Assembly: GCA_963700145.1 (NCBI GenBank)
Contig: OY969474.1
Span: 3,552,001 to 3,616,000 of the forward strand
Reading direction: 5' to 3'
Length of the DNA: 64,000 nucleotides
DNA from: an uncultured Acidobacteriota bacterium
GTDB taxonomy: Bacteria; Acidobacteriota; Thermoanaerobaculia; Multivoradales; UBA5704
In this document: positions 36,574-50,230 of the stretch, piece after piece
How positions within the stretch are numbered: position 1 is the stretch's first letter
Layout: each line of letters starts with the position of its first letter
Program-made: the position numbers and the translations under genes
The notes under the pieces: model-generated
The model's input: the letters and a program-made list of their open reading frames with translations, nothing else
Told to the model about the DNA's origin: nothing
Database searches by the model: none

Positions 36574-37812
36574 ATGAGCGAGGGCGCGCCCCCCCTCGTC
36601 AGCGTCGTCATCGCCACCTACAACTGGAGCAGCGTGCTGCGCTACGCGGTGGCGAGCGCGCTCGGCCAGACGCTCGCCGCGATCGAGGTGCTGGTCGTCG
36701 GCGACGCCTGCACCGACGACTCCGAGGAGGTCGTTGCCGGCTTCGGCGACCCGCGCCTGCGCTGGCACAACCTGCCCGAGAACTCCGGCAGCCAGGCGGG
36801 CCCCAACAACGCCGGCCTCGCCCTGGCGCGCGGCGAGTACGTCGCCTACCACGGCCACGACGACCTCTGGCACCCGACCCATCTCGAGACGCTGGTCGCG
36901 CTCGCGCGGCGCGTTCCCGGCGACCTCTTCTACGCCCTCGCCGCGATCGTGCACCCCGACGGCGAGCGGCAGATCTCGGGGCTGACGGCGGCGGGGGAGC
37001 TGGCGCCCGGCGAGTTCGTGGTGCCGTCGAGCCTGCTCCACCGGCGCAGCCTCGTCGAGGAGATCGGCCCCTGGCCCGATCCCTGGACCGTCCACCTGCC
37101 GGTCGATGCCGAGTGGCTCGATCGCGCCCGGCGCGCCGGCAAGGTGTTCGTCGGCAGCGAGCGGCTGACGGTCTTCAAGTTCCCCTCGAGCACCCGCAAG
37201 GGCTCGTACCGCGAGCGCCCATCCCACGAGCAGGAGGCGCTCGCTCGCCGGCTGCGCGAGGAGCCGGACCTGCAGTTCCGCGAGCTGCTGGAGATCACCC
37301 GCTCCTTCCTCGTCCGCGGCCCGCGCCCGCTCGGCGCGCCGGTCCTGATCGAGAACGCGCCCCCCGGCTGGCACACCCGGAAGCTGCGGCTGATCCGCGG
37401 CCTCGCCACACCCGACGCGCCGATGCAGCCGCTGCCGGCGGACCTGCCGCCGGAGACCTTCGGCCTGCGCGCCGAGAGCGTCCCGCCGCGGGCGGCGCCC
37501 GGAGAGACGCTCGCCGTCGCAGTCGAGATCCGCAACGGCTCGCCGCTCTCACTGGCGAGCACGTCTCCCAACCCCGTCCACCTGAGTTACCACTGGCTGG
37601 ACCCGGACGGCGGGGTCGCCCTGTTCGACGGCCTGCGCTCCGCCTTGTTTCCTCCCCTCGGTCCGGGCGCCGCGGCCGTCTACCCCGTCGCCGTCACCGC
37701 CCCCGACGCGCCGGGCCGCTACACGCTCCGTCTGGCGCTCGTCCAGGAGGAGGTCCGCTGGTACGACGAGCCGCGGGAGGGGGCGGAGTGGGAGGTGGAG
37801 GTCCTGGCATGA
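36574..37812 (+). CDS. GT2 glycosyltransferase with C-terminal Ig-like domain
   Basis: VSVVIATYN, VGDACTD, HDDLW; LSYHW...PGRYTLRL. Confidence 0.88.
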   Translation: MSEGAPPLVSVVIATYNWSSVLRYAVASALGQTLAAIEVLVVGDACTDDSEEVVAGFGDPRLRWHNLPENSGSQAGPNNAGLALARGEYVAYHGHDDLWHPTHLETLVALARRVPGDLFYALAAIVHPDGERQISGLTAAGELAPGEFVVPSSLLHRRSLVEEIGPWPDPWTVHLPVDAEWLDRARRAGKVFVGSERLTVFKFPSSTRKGSYRERPSHEQEALARRLREEPDLQFRELLEITRSFLVRGPRPLGAPVLIENAPPGWHTRKLRLIRGLATPDAPMQPLPADLPPETFGLRAESVPPRAAPGETLAVAVEIRNGSPLSLASTSPNPVHLSYHWLDPDGGVALFDGLRSALFPPLGPGAAAVYPVAVTAPDAPGRYTLRLALVQEEVRWYDEPREGAEWEVEVLA

Positions 37813-37875
37813 CGCTGGCATCACAGCGATTACCTCGTAGCGCAAGGTCTACTCGAAGCCATCCTGGGAGACCTG

Positions 37876-38345
37876 GTGGCCAACAACGGCTTCTTCGCCC
37901 GGCCGGAGATGCGGCCGCTCTACGAGGACATCCGCTTCCCCGAGCACCTGGACCCGGCGCAGGCCGACGGCCGCGTCCACTTCTGGTTCGGGCCCGCCGG
38001 CACCGTGACGCCGCTGCACCACGACGTGATGAACGTGCTGATGGCGCAGGTCCGCGGTCGCAAGCGGGTGACGCTCATCTCCCCCGACCAGACGCACCGG
38101 CTGTACAACGAGATCGGGGTCTTCAGCGAGGTGGACCCCGAGGACCCCGACCTCGAGCGGCACCCGCTCTACCGCGACGTCGAAGCGCTGCGCGTGGACC
38201 TCGCGCCTGGCGAGGTGCTCTTCCTGCCGGTCGGCTGGTGGCACCACGTGCGGGCGCTCGACGTCAGCGTCACCGTCACCTTCACCAACTTCGTCCACCG
38301 AAACGAGTTCGAGTGGCTGAACCCGGACGGGCGCCCCGACGTGCG

Positions 38346-38349
<4 letters not shown>
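37876..38349 (+). CDS. JmjC/cupin-like 2OG-Fe oxygenase, apparently 5'-truncated
   Basis: WFGPAGTVTPLHHD, GRKRV, PGEVLFLPVGWWHHV. Confidence 0.78.
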
Positions 38350-42064
<3,715 letters not shown>

Positions 42065-42073
42065 CGTCGAACA

Positions 42074-42136
42074 CGGCGGGCACGTAGGCCCGCCGCTACG
42101 AACGGCACCCGTAGCGCCCGGCCTACGTGCCGGGCG
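42074..42136. repeat. Inverted pair of GTAG-type REP elements
   Basis: GTAGCGCCCGGCCTACGTGCCGGGCG (42111-42136) and, on the minus strand, GTAGCGGCGGGCCTACGTGCCCGCC (42099-42075). Confidence 0.75.
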
Positions 42137-42149
42137 TTCTTCCGCAGCC

Positions 42150-43004
42150 TCATCCGTACAGCTTCCGCGCCGCGTCCTCGGCGGGACGGGACGCGCCGTA
42201 GCTCTCTTCGGCGGCCGGGAAGCGGCCGGCGCGGACGTCGGCGGCGAAGCGGGCGATCGCCTCGCGCGAGGCGAGCCCGAGCTCGGCGTAGCGGCGCACG
42301 AAGCGCGGCGCGATCCGCTCCTCCAGCCCCAGGAGGTCGTGGTAGACGAGCACCTGTCCGTCGCAGTGCGGGCCGGCGCCGATGCCGATCGTCGGGATGG
42401 CGAGCCGCTCCGAGACCTCGGCCGCCAGGCCGGTCGGCACGCACTCGAGGACCAGCGAGAAGGCACCGGCGGCCTCCAGCTCGGCGGCGGCGGCGAGGAT
42501 CGCCTCGGCCGCCCCGGCCTCGCGCCCCTGCACCTTGTAGCCGCCGAGGCGGTGGAGCGACTGCGGCGTCAGGCCCAGGTGGGCCATGACCGGCACCTCG
42601 GCCTCGACCAGCGCCGCCACCACCTCCGGCCGCCCGCCCTCGATCTTGACCGCCTGGGCGCCCCCCTCCTTGACGAAGCGGATGGCGTTGGCGACCGCCT
42701 GCGCGGGCCCCAGGTGGAAGGAGCCAAACGGCATGTCGGCGACCAGCAGCGCGCGCTCGACGCCGCGGCGCACGGCGCGCACGTGGTGGAGCATCTCGTC
42801 CATGGTGACGGCGAGGGTGTCGGGGTGGCCGAGCACCACCATGGCGAGCGAGTCGCCGACCAGCACGACGTCGGCGCCGCCGGCGTCGGCCGTGCGCGCC
42901 TGCGGGAAGTCGTAGGCGGTGACCATGACCAGGCGCTCGCCGCGCCGCGGGGCGGCGGTGACCCAGGGGACGGTGATCGTCTTGGGGCTCGCTTCGGGGG
43001 CCAT
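42150..43004 (-). CDS. panB: 3-methyl-2-oxobutanoate hydroxymethyltransferase
   Basis: TAYD, LVGDS, VKIEGG, HLGLTPQ, IGIGAG. Confidence 0.96.
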   Translation of the reverse strand: MAPEASPKTITVPWVTAAPRRGERLVMVTAYDFPQARTADAGGADVVLVGDSLAMVVLGHPDTLAVTMDEMLHHVRAVRRGVERALLVADMPFGSFHLGPAQAVANAIRFVKEGGAQAVKIEGGRPEVVAALVEAEVPVMAHLGLTPQSLHRLGGYKVQGREAGAAEAILAAAAELEAAGAFSLVLECVPTGLAAEVSERLAIPTIGIGAGPHCDGQVLVYHDLLGLEERIAPRFVRRYAELGLASREAIARFAADVRAGRFPAAEESYGASRPAEDAARKLYG

Positions 43005-43100
43005 CGGCTCCTCCTTCCGCTCTGGCGGACGGAAGGGCGGCGGTGCGCGCGCAGGTGGAACCGCGCGCGGAGCGCCTCTGCTCGCGGCCGGCCCGGAGTC

Positions 43101-43210
43101 GGGGTGCCTGTCCGTCGGGATCAGGCCCCCTGGAGGGCGGCGCCGCGCGAGCGCTCGGAGCCGATGTCTTCCGTCTCGGTCCCGCACCAGGCGGGATCCA
43201 AGCGGTGAGG
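43101..43210 (-). ncRNA. pan-motif-like RNA leader
   Basis: Two hairpins with bulged As upstream of panB: CCGCTTGGATCCCGC..GCGGGACCGAGACGG and GCCTGATCC..GGACAGGC. Confidence 0.65.
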
Positions 43211-43298
43211 GAACTTTAGCACGAAGTCGTTCTATATTTCGGGGAGGTATTCCCGTTCGATCGAGCTCAGAGCAGTTGAATCGTTGGGAGGCGCCGAT

Positions 43299-45560
43299 AT
43301 GTGGCTGGGACGCTTTTGGCGTTGGCTCAAGCTGATCTACCTCTTTCTCCTGCCTACACGCTTCAGCCTCTTCGCTGTCGTGATCATGGGGTGGGCGTTC
43401 CTCATGTCCGGCCAAGGTGGAGACATCCTTCGCGCCCTGGTCGAATACGATCCCTGCAAGGCACTCAGTCCGCACTACTGGCGGATGTTCGCGTTCGTCC
43501 TCGCCGCCAGCGCCTTTTCGCTGCAGGCGTGGTACTGGACGCGGCAGATCCTGCGGGTGAAGCCGCCGTCGCACATCAAGGACGACGACTACTTCGCCTA
43601 CCCGCCGCCGCCAGATTGCTTCCCCCGCACCGCGGTCTGGGTGCCGCGACTTCTCGGCGCCCTCGGGTTCATCATCCCCATCATCGCGTTCATCCGGATC
43701 GGCCGTTCCTATACGGCCGACGCGCCGACCGCCGTGAAGTGGATGCTCCTCTGGCTGACCCTCGCGCTGACAGCCTTCATCATCTTCGTCGTCTTGCGGC
43801 GCGCCTTCCTTCGCCGCCGGAAATCGACGCTCGTGCCGCGCGAGCCGCGGGACTTCGACCGCACGACGAAGCTCGTGCTCGCCGTCACCGTCCTCGCCGC
43901 GCTGGCTTTCTTCGTCTGGGCGACCCTGGACCCCGCCGGCATCGCGCCGCTGGGATCGGCTTCCGTCGTCCTCCTGACGGCCGCACTCTGGGTCCCCCTG
44001 GGCACCGTTCTCGTGTTGTTCGGCATCCGTCTCCGCTTCCCGATCCTGACCGCGCTCCTCGTCTGGGCGCTGCTCTTGAGCCCGTTCGCGGATCGGAATC
44101 ACGTCATCCGCACCATCGACGGGGACGGCGCGGGACTGGTCGACCGCCCCACCGCCGTCGAGCAGCTCGACGCCTGGTACGAGCGCGTGGCGCCGCGTCA
44201 CGCCGGAGGCGAGGTGCCGATCTTCGTCGTGGCGACCGAAGGGGGCGGCATCCGTGCGGCGTACTGGACGGCGGCGGTGTTGACTGCCCTGCAGGACAGC
44301 TACCCGGAGTTCGCCGATCACCTCTTCGCGATCAGCGGCGTCTCCGGCGGCTCGCTCGGTGCCGTGGTGTTCGACGCGCTGGTCGCCCACGGGCCGGCGC
44401 CGGTCGATCCAGACGAGAACGTCTGCCCGGGAAGAGATCGGACGAAGATGGCGCAGGAGAGGGCCACGCTGCGCTATGCCGCGAAGCAGATCCTCTCATT
44501 CGACGCCCTCACCCCCACCTTGGCCAGCCTGACCCAGCCCGATCTGGCGCAACGCTTCCTGCCCTTCGGCTTCCCCGACCGCGAGCAGGCGCTCGAAGAG
44601 GCCTGGGAGCGCGCATGGTCGAGCGCGATGGGAGGAAACGCCCTCTTCTCGCAGGGAGTCCTGGCCACGGCGGAGGCCAACAAAACCCTTCCCTCGCTCT
44701 TCCTGAACGGGACGATGGTGGAGACCGGCGATCGCATCATCACCAGCAATAGCCGTATCCATCCGCGCGATCCGAAGGCCGCGTGCGCGGTGAACGATCC
44801 GAACGCCGTCGGCAATCCCCTCTGCGAGTTCCGCAACGCATTCGACGCGTTCGCGGACCTCCAACGCGACATCCCGTTCAGCGCCGCCGCCGGCATGAGC
44901 GCGCGCTTCACCTACCTTTCTCCTGCCGGGCGCCTGCCGAAAGAAGGTTCCGACGACACGCTCGCCGGCCACGTCGTCGACGGCGGCTACTTCGAGAACT
45001 CGGGCGCCGTGACGGCGGGGGAGATCGTCGGCCTGATCCGGCGCGTCGCGGCGACGCGTCCCGGCTGGAAGCTCCACCCTTACGTGATCCTCATCGACTT
45101 CAAGGACCGTTCGCAGCGCTGCAGGGAAGATCCGGCCCAGTGCGTCCCCGACCCCGCCGAGAAGCCGTTCCCCGGCACGCCGGGCGCAGCCGGTCCGAGG
45201 CCGGCACCGCCCGAGACCTGGGTCAACGAGGTGCTGTCGCCGTTGCGCGCGCTCCTCAACACGCGCAACGGGCGGGGGTCGCAGGCCGTAGGCGACCTGC
45301 GCGAGATGCTCGCGGCGCGGTTGGATCAGCCCAACATCATCGAGTTCCGGCTCATCCAGCGCCGCGTTCCGTTGCCGCTCGGCTGGGTGCTGTCCGAGCG
45401 CTCACGCATCGAGATCGACCGGGCGACGCGGACCGAGGGCGGCAACGTCTGGGCGATGAAGCAGATCGGCAAGCTGCTCGGCGCCGCCTCTCTCCCCGCC
45501 GATCCGGTGGCGCAGAGCGCCGAGGCCAGCGCGCGCGAGCTGAAGCGGGAAAGCCAGTAA
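43299..45560 (+). CDS. Membrane-anchored patatin-like phospholipase
   Basis: N-terminal TM region; GGGIRA, GVSGG and VDGGYFEN motifs. Confidence 0.85.
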   Translation: MWLGRFWRWLKLIYLFLLPTRFSLFAVVIMGWAFLMSGQGGDILRALVEYDPCKALSPHYWRMFAFVLAASAFSLQAWYWTRQILRVKPPSHIKDDDYFAYPPPPDCFPRTAVWVPRLLGALGFIIPIIAFIRIGRSYTADAPTAVKWMLLWLTLALTAFIIFVVLRRAFLRRRKSTLVPREPRDFDRTTKLVLAVTVLAALAFFVWATLDPAGIAPLGSASVVLLTAALWVPLGTVLVLFGIRLRFPILTALLVWALLLSPFADRNHVIRTIDGDGAGLVDRPTAVEQLDAWYERVAPRHAGGEVPIFVVATEGGGIRAAYWTAAVLTALQDSYPEFADHLFAISGVSGGSLGAVVFDALVAHGPAPVDPDENVCPGRDRTKMAQERATLRYAAKQILSFDALTPTLASLTQPDLAQRFLPFGFPDREQALEEAWERAWSSAMGGNALFSQGVLATAEANKTLPSLFLNGTMVETGDRIITSNSRIHPRDPKAACAVNDPNAVGNPLCEFRNAFDAFADLQRDIPFSAAAGMSARFTYLSPAGRLPKEGSDDTLAGHVVDGGYFENSGAVTAGEIVGLIRRVAATRPGWKLHPYVILIDFKDRSQRCREDPAQCVPDPAEKPFPGTPGAAGPRPAPPETWVNEVLSPLRALLNTRNGRGSQAVGDLREMLAARLDQPNIIEFRLIQRRVPLPLGWVLSERSRIEIDRATRTEGGNVWAMKQIGKLLGAASLPADPVAQSAEASARELKRESQ

Positions 45561-45579
45561 TGCGGAGGCCGGGGCGGGC

Positions 45580-46230
45580 TCAGCCCGCCCCGCGCGCCAC
45601 GTAGTACTCGGTGCCCTTGATCGGCCGCTGGAGCTGGTGGACCAGCTCCTCGAAGTCCTCGGGGCGCTCGGGGAAGTTGAGCTGGCGGGTGTCGACGACG
45701 AGGAGCGGCGAGGCCTTGTAGTAGTGGTAGTAGTGGTTGTAGGCGTCGATCAGCTCGGCCATGTACTCGGTCGAGATGTGCTTCTCGACGGTACGCTGGC
45801 GGCGGCGGATGCGCTCCATGCAGGTCGACAGGTCGGCGACCAGGTAGACCACCAGGTCCGGCGGCGGCACCTGCGGCTCGAGGAGGGCGTAGAGCTTGTC
45901 AAAGAGCATCAGCTCGTCGTCGCCGAGGTTCAGGTAGGCGAAGATCCGGTTCTTCTGGAAGGTGTAGTCGGCGACCAGCAGGCGGTCGAAGAGCTCGCGC
46001 TGGGCGAGGTCGCGCTGCTGCTTGTAGCGCGAGAGCAGGAAGTAGAGCTCGGTCTGGAAGGCGGCGCCGGGGCGGTCCTCGTAGAAGTCGCCGAGGAAGG
46101 GATTGTTGACGTCCTCGAGGACCTTCACCCCCTCGAAGCGCTGGGCGAGCATCTCGACCAGCGTGGTCTTGCCCACGCCGATGGGGCCGTCGACCGCCAG
46201 GTGGTGGTAGCCGAGGGACTCTTGGCTCAA
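45580..46230 (-). CDS. Deoxynucleoside kinase
   Basis: TTG start overlapping mqnE stop; DGPIGVGKTT, NPFL..FY, FLLSRY.QQ, PDLVVYL. Confidence 0.9.
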   Translation of the reverse strand: MSQESLGYHHLAVDGPIGVGKTTLVEMLAQRFEGVKVLEDVNNPFLGDFYEDRPGAAFQTELYFLLSRYKQQRDLAQRELFDRLLVADYTFQKNRIFAYLNLGDDELMLFDKLYALLEPQVPPPDLVVYLVADLSTCMERIRRRQRTVEKHISTEYMAELIDAYNHYYHYYKASPLLVVDTRQLNFPERPEDFEELVHQLQRPIKGTEYYVARGAG

Positions 46231-47393
46231 TGGGCGGGGGCGGGGCTGGGCGTTGGGGCCGGGCGCTGCTCGATCGGGTTGTAGAGGGTGTCCCTCTCGA
46301 TCGGCTCGAAGCCGGCGAGGCGCACGATCCGCTCGAGCTCGGCGCGCGAGAGCGACTGCTCGGTGTGCGCGCCGGCCATGTGGTAGATGTGCTCCTCGAC
46401 CACCGTGCCGTCGAGGTCGTCGGCGCCGAAGCGCAGCGCCACCTGCGCCAGCTTCGGCGTGATCATCACCCAGTAGGCCTTGACGTGCGGCACGTTGTCG
46501 AGCACGAGGCGGGCGGCGGCGATCTGGCGCAGGTCCTCGAGGCCGGTGGTGTGGAAGCGCAGCCCCATGTAGTTGTTCTCGGGGTGGTAGGCGAGCGGGA
46601 TGAAGGCGTTGAAGCCGCCGGTCTCGTCCTGCAGGTTGCGCAGGCGCAGCAGGTGGTCCACCTGGTGCTCCGGCCGCTCGACGTGGCCGTAGAGCATCGT
46701 GCAGTTGCTCCTGATCCCCATGCCGTGGGCGACGCGGTGGACCTCGATCCACTCGCCGGCGTCGAGCTTGCCGTCGCAGATGATCTGGCGCACCTCGGGG
46801 TGGAAGATCTCGGCGCCGCCGCCCGGCAGCGACCCCAGCCCCGCGTCGCGCAGCCGCCTCAGCACCTCTTCGATCGAGATCCGCTCGTGCTTGGCGAACC
46901 AGCCGATCTCGATGGCGGTGAAGGCCTTCAGGTGCGCGTTGGGGAAGCGCTCGCGCAGGCCGCGCAGCATCTCGCAGTACCACTCCAACGACAGATCGGG
47001 GTGGAGGCCGCCGACGATGTGGAACTCGGTGACCCGGTTGCCCCCCTGCTCGGCGGCGTGGCGGTAGACGTCCTCGTGGCTCATCTCCCAGGCGTGTCCC
47101 TCGCCGGGGAGCGCCGCGAAGCTGCAGAACTTGCAGTTGTAGGTGTAGACGCAGACGTTCGTCGGGTTGATGTGCCGGTTGACGTTGAAGAAGGCGGCGT
47201 TGCCGTGGAGCTTCTTGCGCACCGCGTCGGCCAGGCGCCCCAAGGGGAGGACGGAGGTCGTCGTCAGGGCGAGGAGGGCGTCGGCCTCGTCAAACCGCAC
47301 CCCGTCCCGGACCTTGGCCGCCAGCTCCCGCAGCGGGGCCGGGAAACGGCTCGGTTCGATCTCCGGACAGGGGGGCGGGAGGGGGGTCGGCAT
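46227..47393 (-). CDS. mqnE: Aminofutalosine synthase, radical SAM
   Basis: NRHINPTNVC, EFHIVGGLHP, KAFTAIEI, PGGGAEI, HVKAYWVM. Confidence 0.88.
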   Translation of the reverse strand: MPTPLPPPCPEIEPSRFPAPLRELAAKVRDGVRFDEADALLALTTTSVLPLGRLADAVRKKLHGNAAFFNVNRHINPTNVCVYTYNCKFCSFAALPGEGHAWEMSHEDVYRHAAEQGGNRVTEFHIVGGLHPDLSLEWYCEMLRGLRERFPNAHLKAFTAIEIGWFAKHERISIEEVLRRLRDAGLGSLPGGGAEIFHPEVRQIICDGKLDAGEWIEVHRVAHGMGIRSNCTMLYGHVERPEHQVDHLLRLRNLQDETGGFNAFIPLAYHPENNYMGLRFHTTGLEDLRQIAAARLVLDNVPHVKAYWVMITPKLAQVALRFGADDLDGTVVEEHIYHMAGAHTEQSLSRAELERIVRLAGFEPIERDTLYNPIEQRPAPTPSPAPAH

Positions 47394-47458
47394 GGCCGCC
47401 GGCAGTATACCGCGCGCCTTCCGGGTGGGACGGCGGCGGTTGCCATGATCCGCCGCAC

Positions 47459-50143
47459 GTGACCCGCTGCGCCGTCTGCGGTACCACCCTCCCGGGCGGC
47501 AGCCTCTGCCCGCGCTGCAACTCTTTGCCCACCGAGCTCCCGCCGCTGGAGGCGGCAGCGCCGCGCGCGCGGACCCCTCCGCCACTCCTCAGCTCCTCCG
47601 CCGCCGACTTCGCGCCCGGCGAGCTGTTCGCCGAGCGCTACCGGATCGTCGCCCTCCTCGGCCGCGGCGGGATGGGCGAGGTCTACCGCGCCGACGACCT
47701 GCGGCTCGGCCAGACCGTCGCGCTCAAGTTCCTGCCCGCTGCGCTGACCGGCGACCCCGGCCGCCTGGAGCGCTTCTACGCCGAGGTCCGGCTCGCCCGC
47801 GAGGTCTCCCATCCCAACGTCTGCCGCGTCTACGACGTCGGCGAGGCCGGCGGGCGCTCGTACCTGGCGATGGAGTATGTCGACGGCGAGGACCTCGCCT
47901 CCCTGCTGCGCCGCATCGGCCGGCTCCCCGAGGACAAAGCCGTGGAGGTCGCCCGCCAGCTCTGCGCCGGGCTCGCCGCGGTGCACGACCGCGGCGTCCT
48001 CCACCGCGACCTCAAGCCGGCCAACGTCATGCTCGACGGCCACGGCCGCGTGCGCCTGACCGACTTCGGGCTCGCCGCCGCCGCCGCCGAGGCCAAAGGG
48101 AGCGACCTCTCGGGGACGCCCCAGTACATGGCCCCCGAGCAGTTCGCGCTGCGCCCGCCGAGCGTGCGCAGCGACCTCTACGCCCTCGGCCTCGTCCTCT
48201 ACGAGCTCTTCACCGGCAAGCCGGCCGTCGCCGGCGCGACGTTCGAGGAGCTGCGCCGTCGCCATCAGCAGGATCCCCCGACGCCCCCCTCGCGCGTGCG
48301 CCCGGGCCTCGATCCGGCCGTCGAGCGGGTCATCCTGCGCTGCCTCGAGAAGGAGCCGCAGAGTCGCCCCGCCTCGGCTCTCGAGGTCGCGGCGGCCCTG
48401 CCAGGAGGCGACCCGCTGGCGGCGGCCCTGGCGGCCGGCGAGACCCCCTCGCCCGAGATGGTGGCCGCCGCCGGAGCCGAGGGAGCGCTGCGGCCGGCGA
48501 CGGCGTTGGCGTGTCTCGCGGGGGTCGGCGTGGGGCTGCTCTGCCTCGCGCTCATCGGGAGCACCTATTCTCTCGGCGGGCGAGTGGGCGCAGAGATCAA
48601 GCCCCCGGAGGTGCTGGCGGAGCGGGCGCGCGGCATCGTCGCAGCCGCGGGGTATCCCGACGCGCCGGCCGACCGCGGATACGGCTTCGACGTCTCGCAG
48701 GAGCGGCGCCGCTGGTTGCGCGAGCAGCAACGCGGCGGTCCCGCCAGGCGCGCGCTCGCGGCCGTAGCGCCCCCGATCCTCCAGTTCTGGTACCGGCAGA
48801 GCCCTGGTCCCCTGGTCCCGGTGACCTTCTTCGGGGCGCAAAACACACCCTTCCCGGTCGTCAGCCCGTTCGACCCGCCGCCGCTCGAGCCGGGGATGGT
48901 CTCGCTCCTCCTCGATCCGGAGGGGCGACTCCTGGCGTTCACGGCGGTCCCCGCGAAGGTGCTCGCCGCCGGCGCGCCCGCCGCGGGGCCTCGCTGGGAA
49001 GCCCTGTTCGCCGCCGCCGGGCTCGACCGGACGCGGTTCCGGCCGGTCTCGCCGCGCCGCACCCCGCCCGTCTTCGCCGACGCCCACCCGGCCTGGGCGG
49101 GGGTGCTGCCCGGCCAGCCGCCGGTGCCGATCCGCGTCGAGGCGGCGGCGCTCCACGGCCGGCCGGTCCATTTCGAGATCTTGGGGCCCTGGAGCCTCGC
49201 CCCGACGACGGACGAGGCGCCGAGCCGCGGGGAGCGCGCCGCCCAGATCCTTCTCGCCACGATCTTTCTGGGGCTGATCGTCGGCCCGGCCCTCGCCGCC
49301 CGCCGCAACCTCCGGCTGGGACGGGGCGACCGCCGCGGCGCCTTCCGGGTCGCGGCTTGTGTCGTCGCGTTCTTCTTCGCCTCCTGGGCCGTAGGCGGAA
49401 AGCACGTGCCTGCCCTCGCCGAGCTCGGCCTGTTCGTGATGACCCTCTCCTGGGCCGTGCCGGTGGCCGGGTGGGTCTGGCTCCTCTACCTCGCGATCGA
49501 GCCCTACCTGCGCCGGCGTTGGCCCCATACCCTCGTCTCCTGGAACCGGCTCCTCGCCGGCCGCTGGCGCGACCCGCTGGTCGGCCGCGACATCCTGTTG
49601 GGGGTGCTGGTCACCGTCGCTGTCCTCGTCTTCATCCGCGTCATCGGCGCCCTGGGCGACTGGATCGAAGGTACACGGTATCTGCCCGCCGAACCTTCCG
49701 CGGCGCTCAACGGCACGGCGAACGTCCTCTCGGACGTGCTGAGGGCCCCGATCGCGGGGTTCCTGTTCGCCTTCAGCTTATTCTTCATCTTCTCGCTGCT
49801 GCGCTCGCTCGCGCGGCGCGACCTCGTGGCCGCCGGGCTCTTCGTCCTCCTGCTCGTCGCCAAAGACACGCTGCCGAGCTATACGCCGGTCGTCAGCGGC
49901 GCCATCGCGATCGTCTTTTACGTCTCCATCGTCGCCCTGGCGCGCGGTCCGGGCCTCCTGGCGCTCGCCGCCTTTGCGCTGCCCGTTCCCTTGGTCAGCT
50001 TGGTGCTCACCCCCGACCCCGACGTCTGGTACGCGGAGGCCGGTTTCATCGCGGCGCTGGTCTGCCTGGCGCTGGCCGGCTACGGCGCCTGGGTGGCGCG
50101 CGCCGGGCAGCCGCTCTTCCGGGGAGACCTGCTCGAGCGCTAG
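47459..50143 (+). CDS. Ser/Thr protein kinase with multi-TM C-terminal region
   Basis: GRGGMGEVY, VALK, HRDLKPAN, DFG, GTPQYMAPE; N-terminal CxxC..CxxC. Confidence 0.94.
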   Translation: MTRCAVCGTTLPGGSLCPRCNSLPTELPPLEAAAPRARTPPPLLSSSAADFAPGELFAERYRIVALLGRGGMGEVYRADDLRLGQTVALKFLPAALTGDPGRLERFYAEVRLAREVSHPNVCRVYDVGEAGGRSYLAMEYVDGEDLASLLRRIGRLPEDKAVEVARQLCAGLAAVHDRGVLHRDLKPANVMLDGHGRVRLTDFGLAAAAAEAKGSDLSGTPQYMAPEQFALRPPSVRSDLYALGLVLYELFTGKPAVAGATFEELRRRHQQDPPTPPSRVRPGLDPAVERVILRCLEKEPQSRPASALEVAAALPGGDPLAAALAAGETPSPEMVAAAGAEGALRPATALACLAGVGVGLLCLALIGSTYSLGGRVGAEIKPPEVLAERARGIVAAAGYPDAPADRGYGFDVSQERRRWLREQQRGGPARRALAAVAPPILQFWYRQSPGPLVPVTFFGAQNTPFPVVSPFDPPPLEPGMVSLLLDPEGRLLAFTAVPAKVLAAGAPAAGPRWEALFAAAGLDRTRFRPVSPRRTPPVFADAHPAWAGVLPGQPPVPIRVEAAALHGRPVHFEILGPWSLAPTTDEAPSRGERAAQILLATIFLGLIVGPALAARRNLRLGRGDRRGAFRVAACVVAFFFASWAVGGKHVPALAELGLFVMTLSWAVPVAGWVWLLYLAIEPYLRRRWPHTLVSWNRLLAGRWRDPLVGRDILLGVLVTVAVLVFIRVIGALGDWIEGTRYLPAEPSAALNGTANVLSDVLRAPIAGFLFAFSLFFIFSLLRSLARRDLVAAGLFVLLLVAKDTLPSYTPVVSGAIAIVFYVSIVALARGPGLLALAAFALPVPLVSLVLTPDPDVWYAEAGFIAALVCLALAGYGAWVARAGQPLFRGDLLER

Positions 50144-50163
50144 CGCGGACGGACGGCGCCCGC

Positions 50164-50199
50164 AAAGCGAAGAGCCCGCGGCCGGATGACCGCGGGCTC
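50164..50199 (-). terminator. Intrinsic terminator hairpin (copy 1 of 3)
   Basis: GAGCCCGCGG-N8-CCGCGGGCTC with T-rich tail on the minus strand. Confidence 0.7.
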
Positions 50200-50230
50200 C
50201 TGAGGACGGGCGGCGAAACGCCTTACTGCT

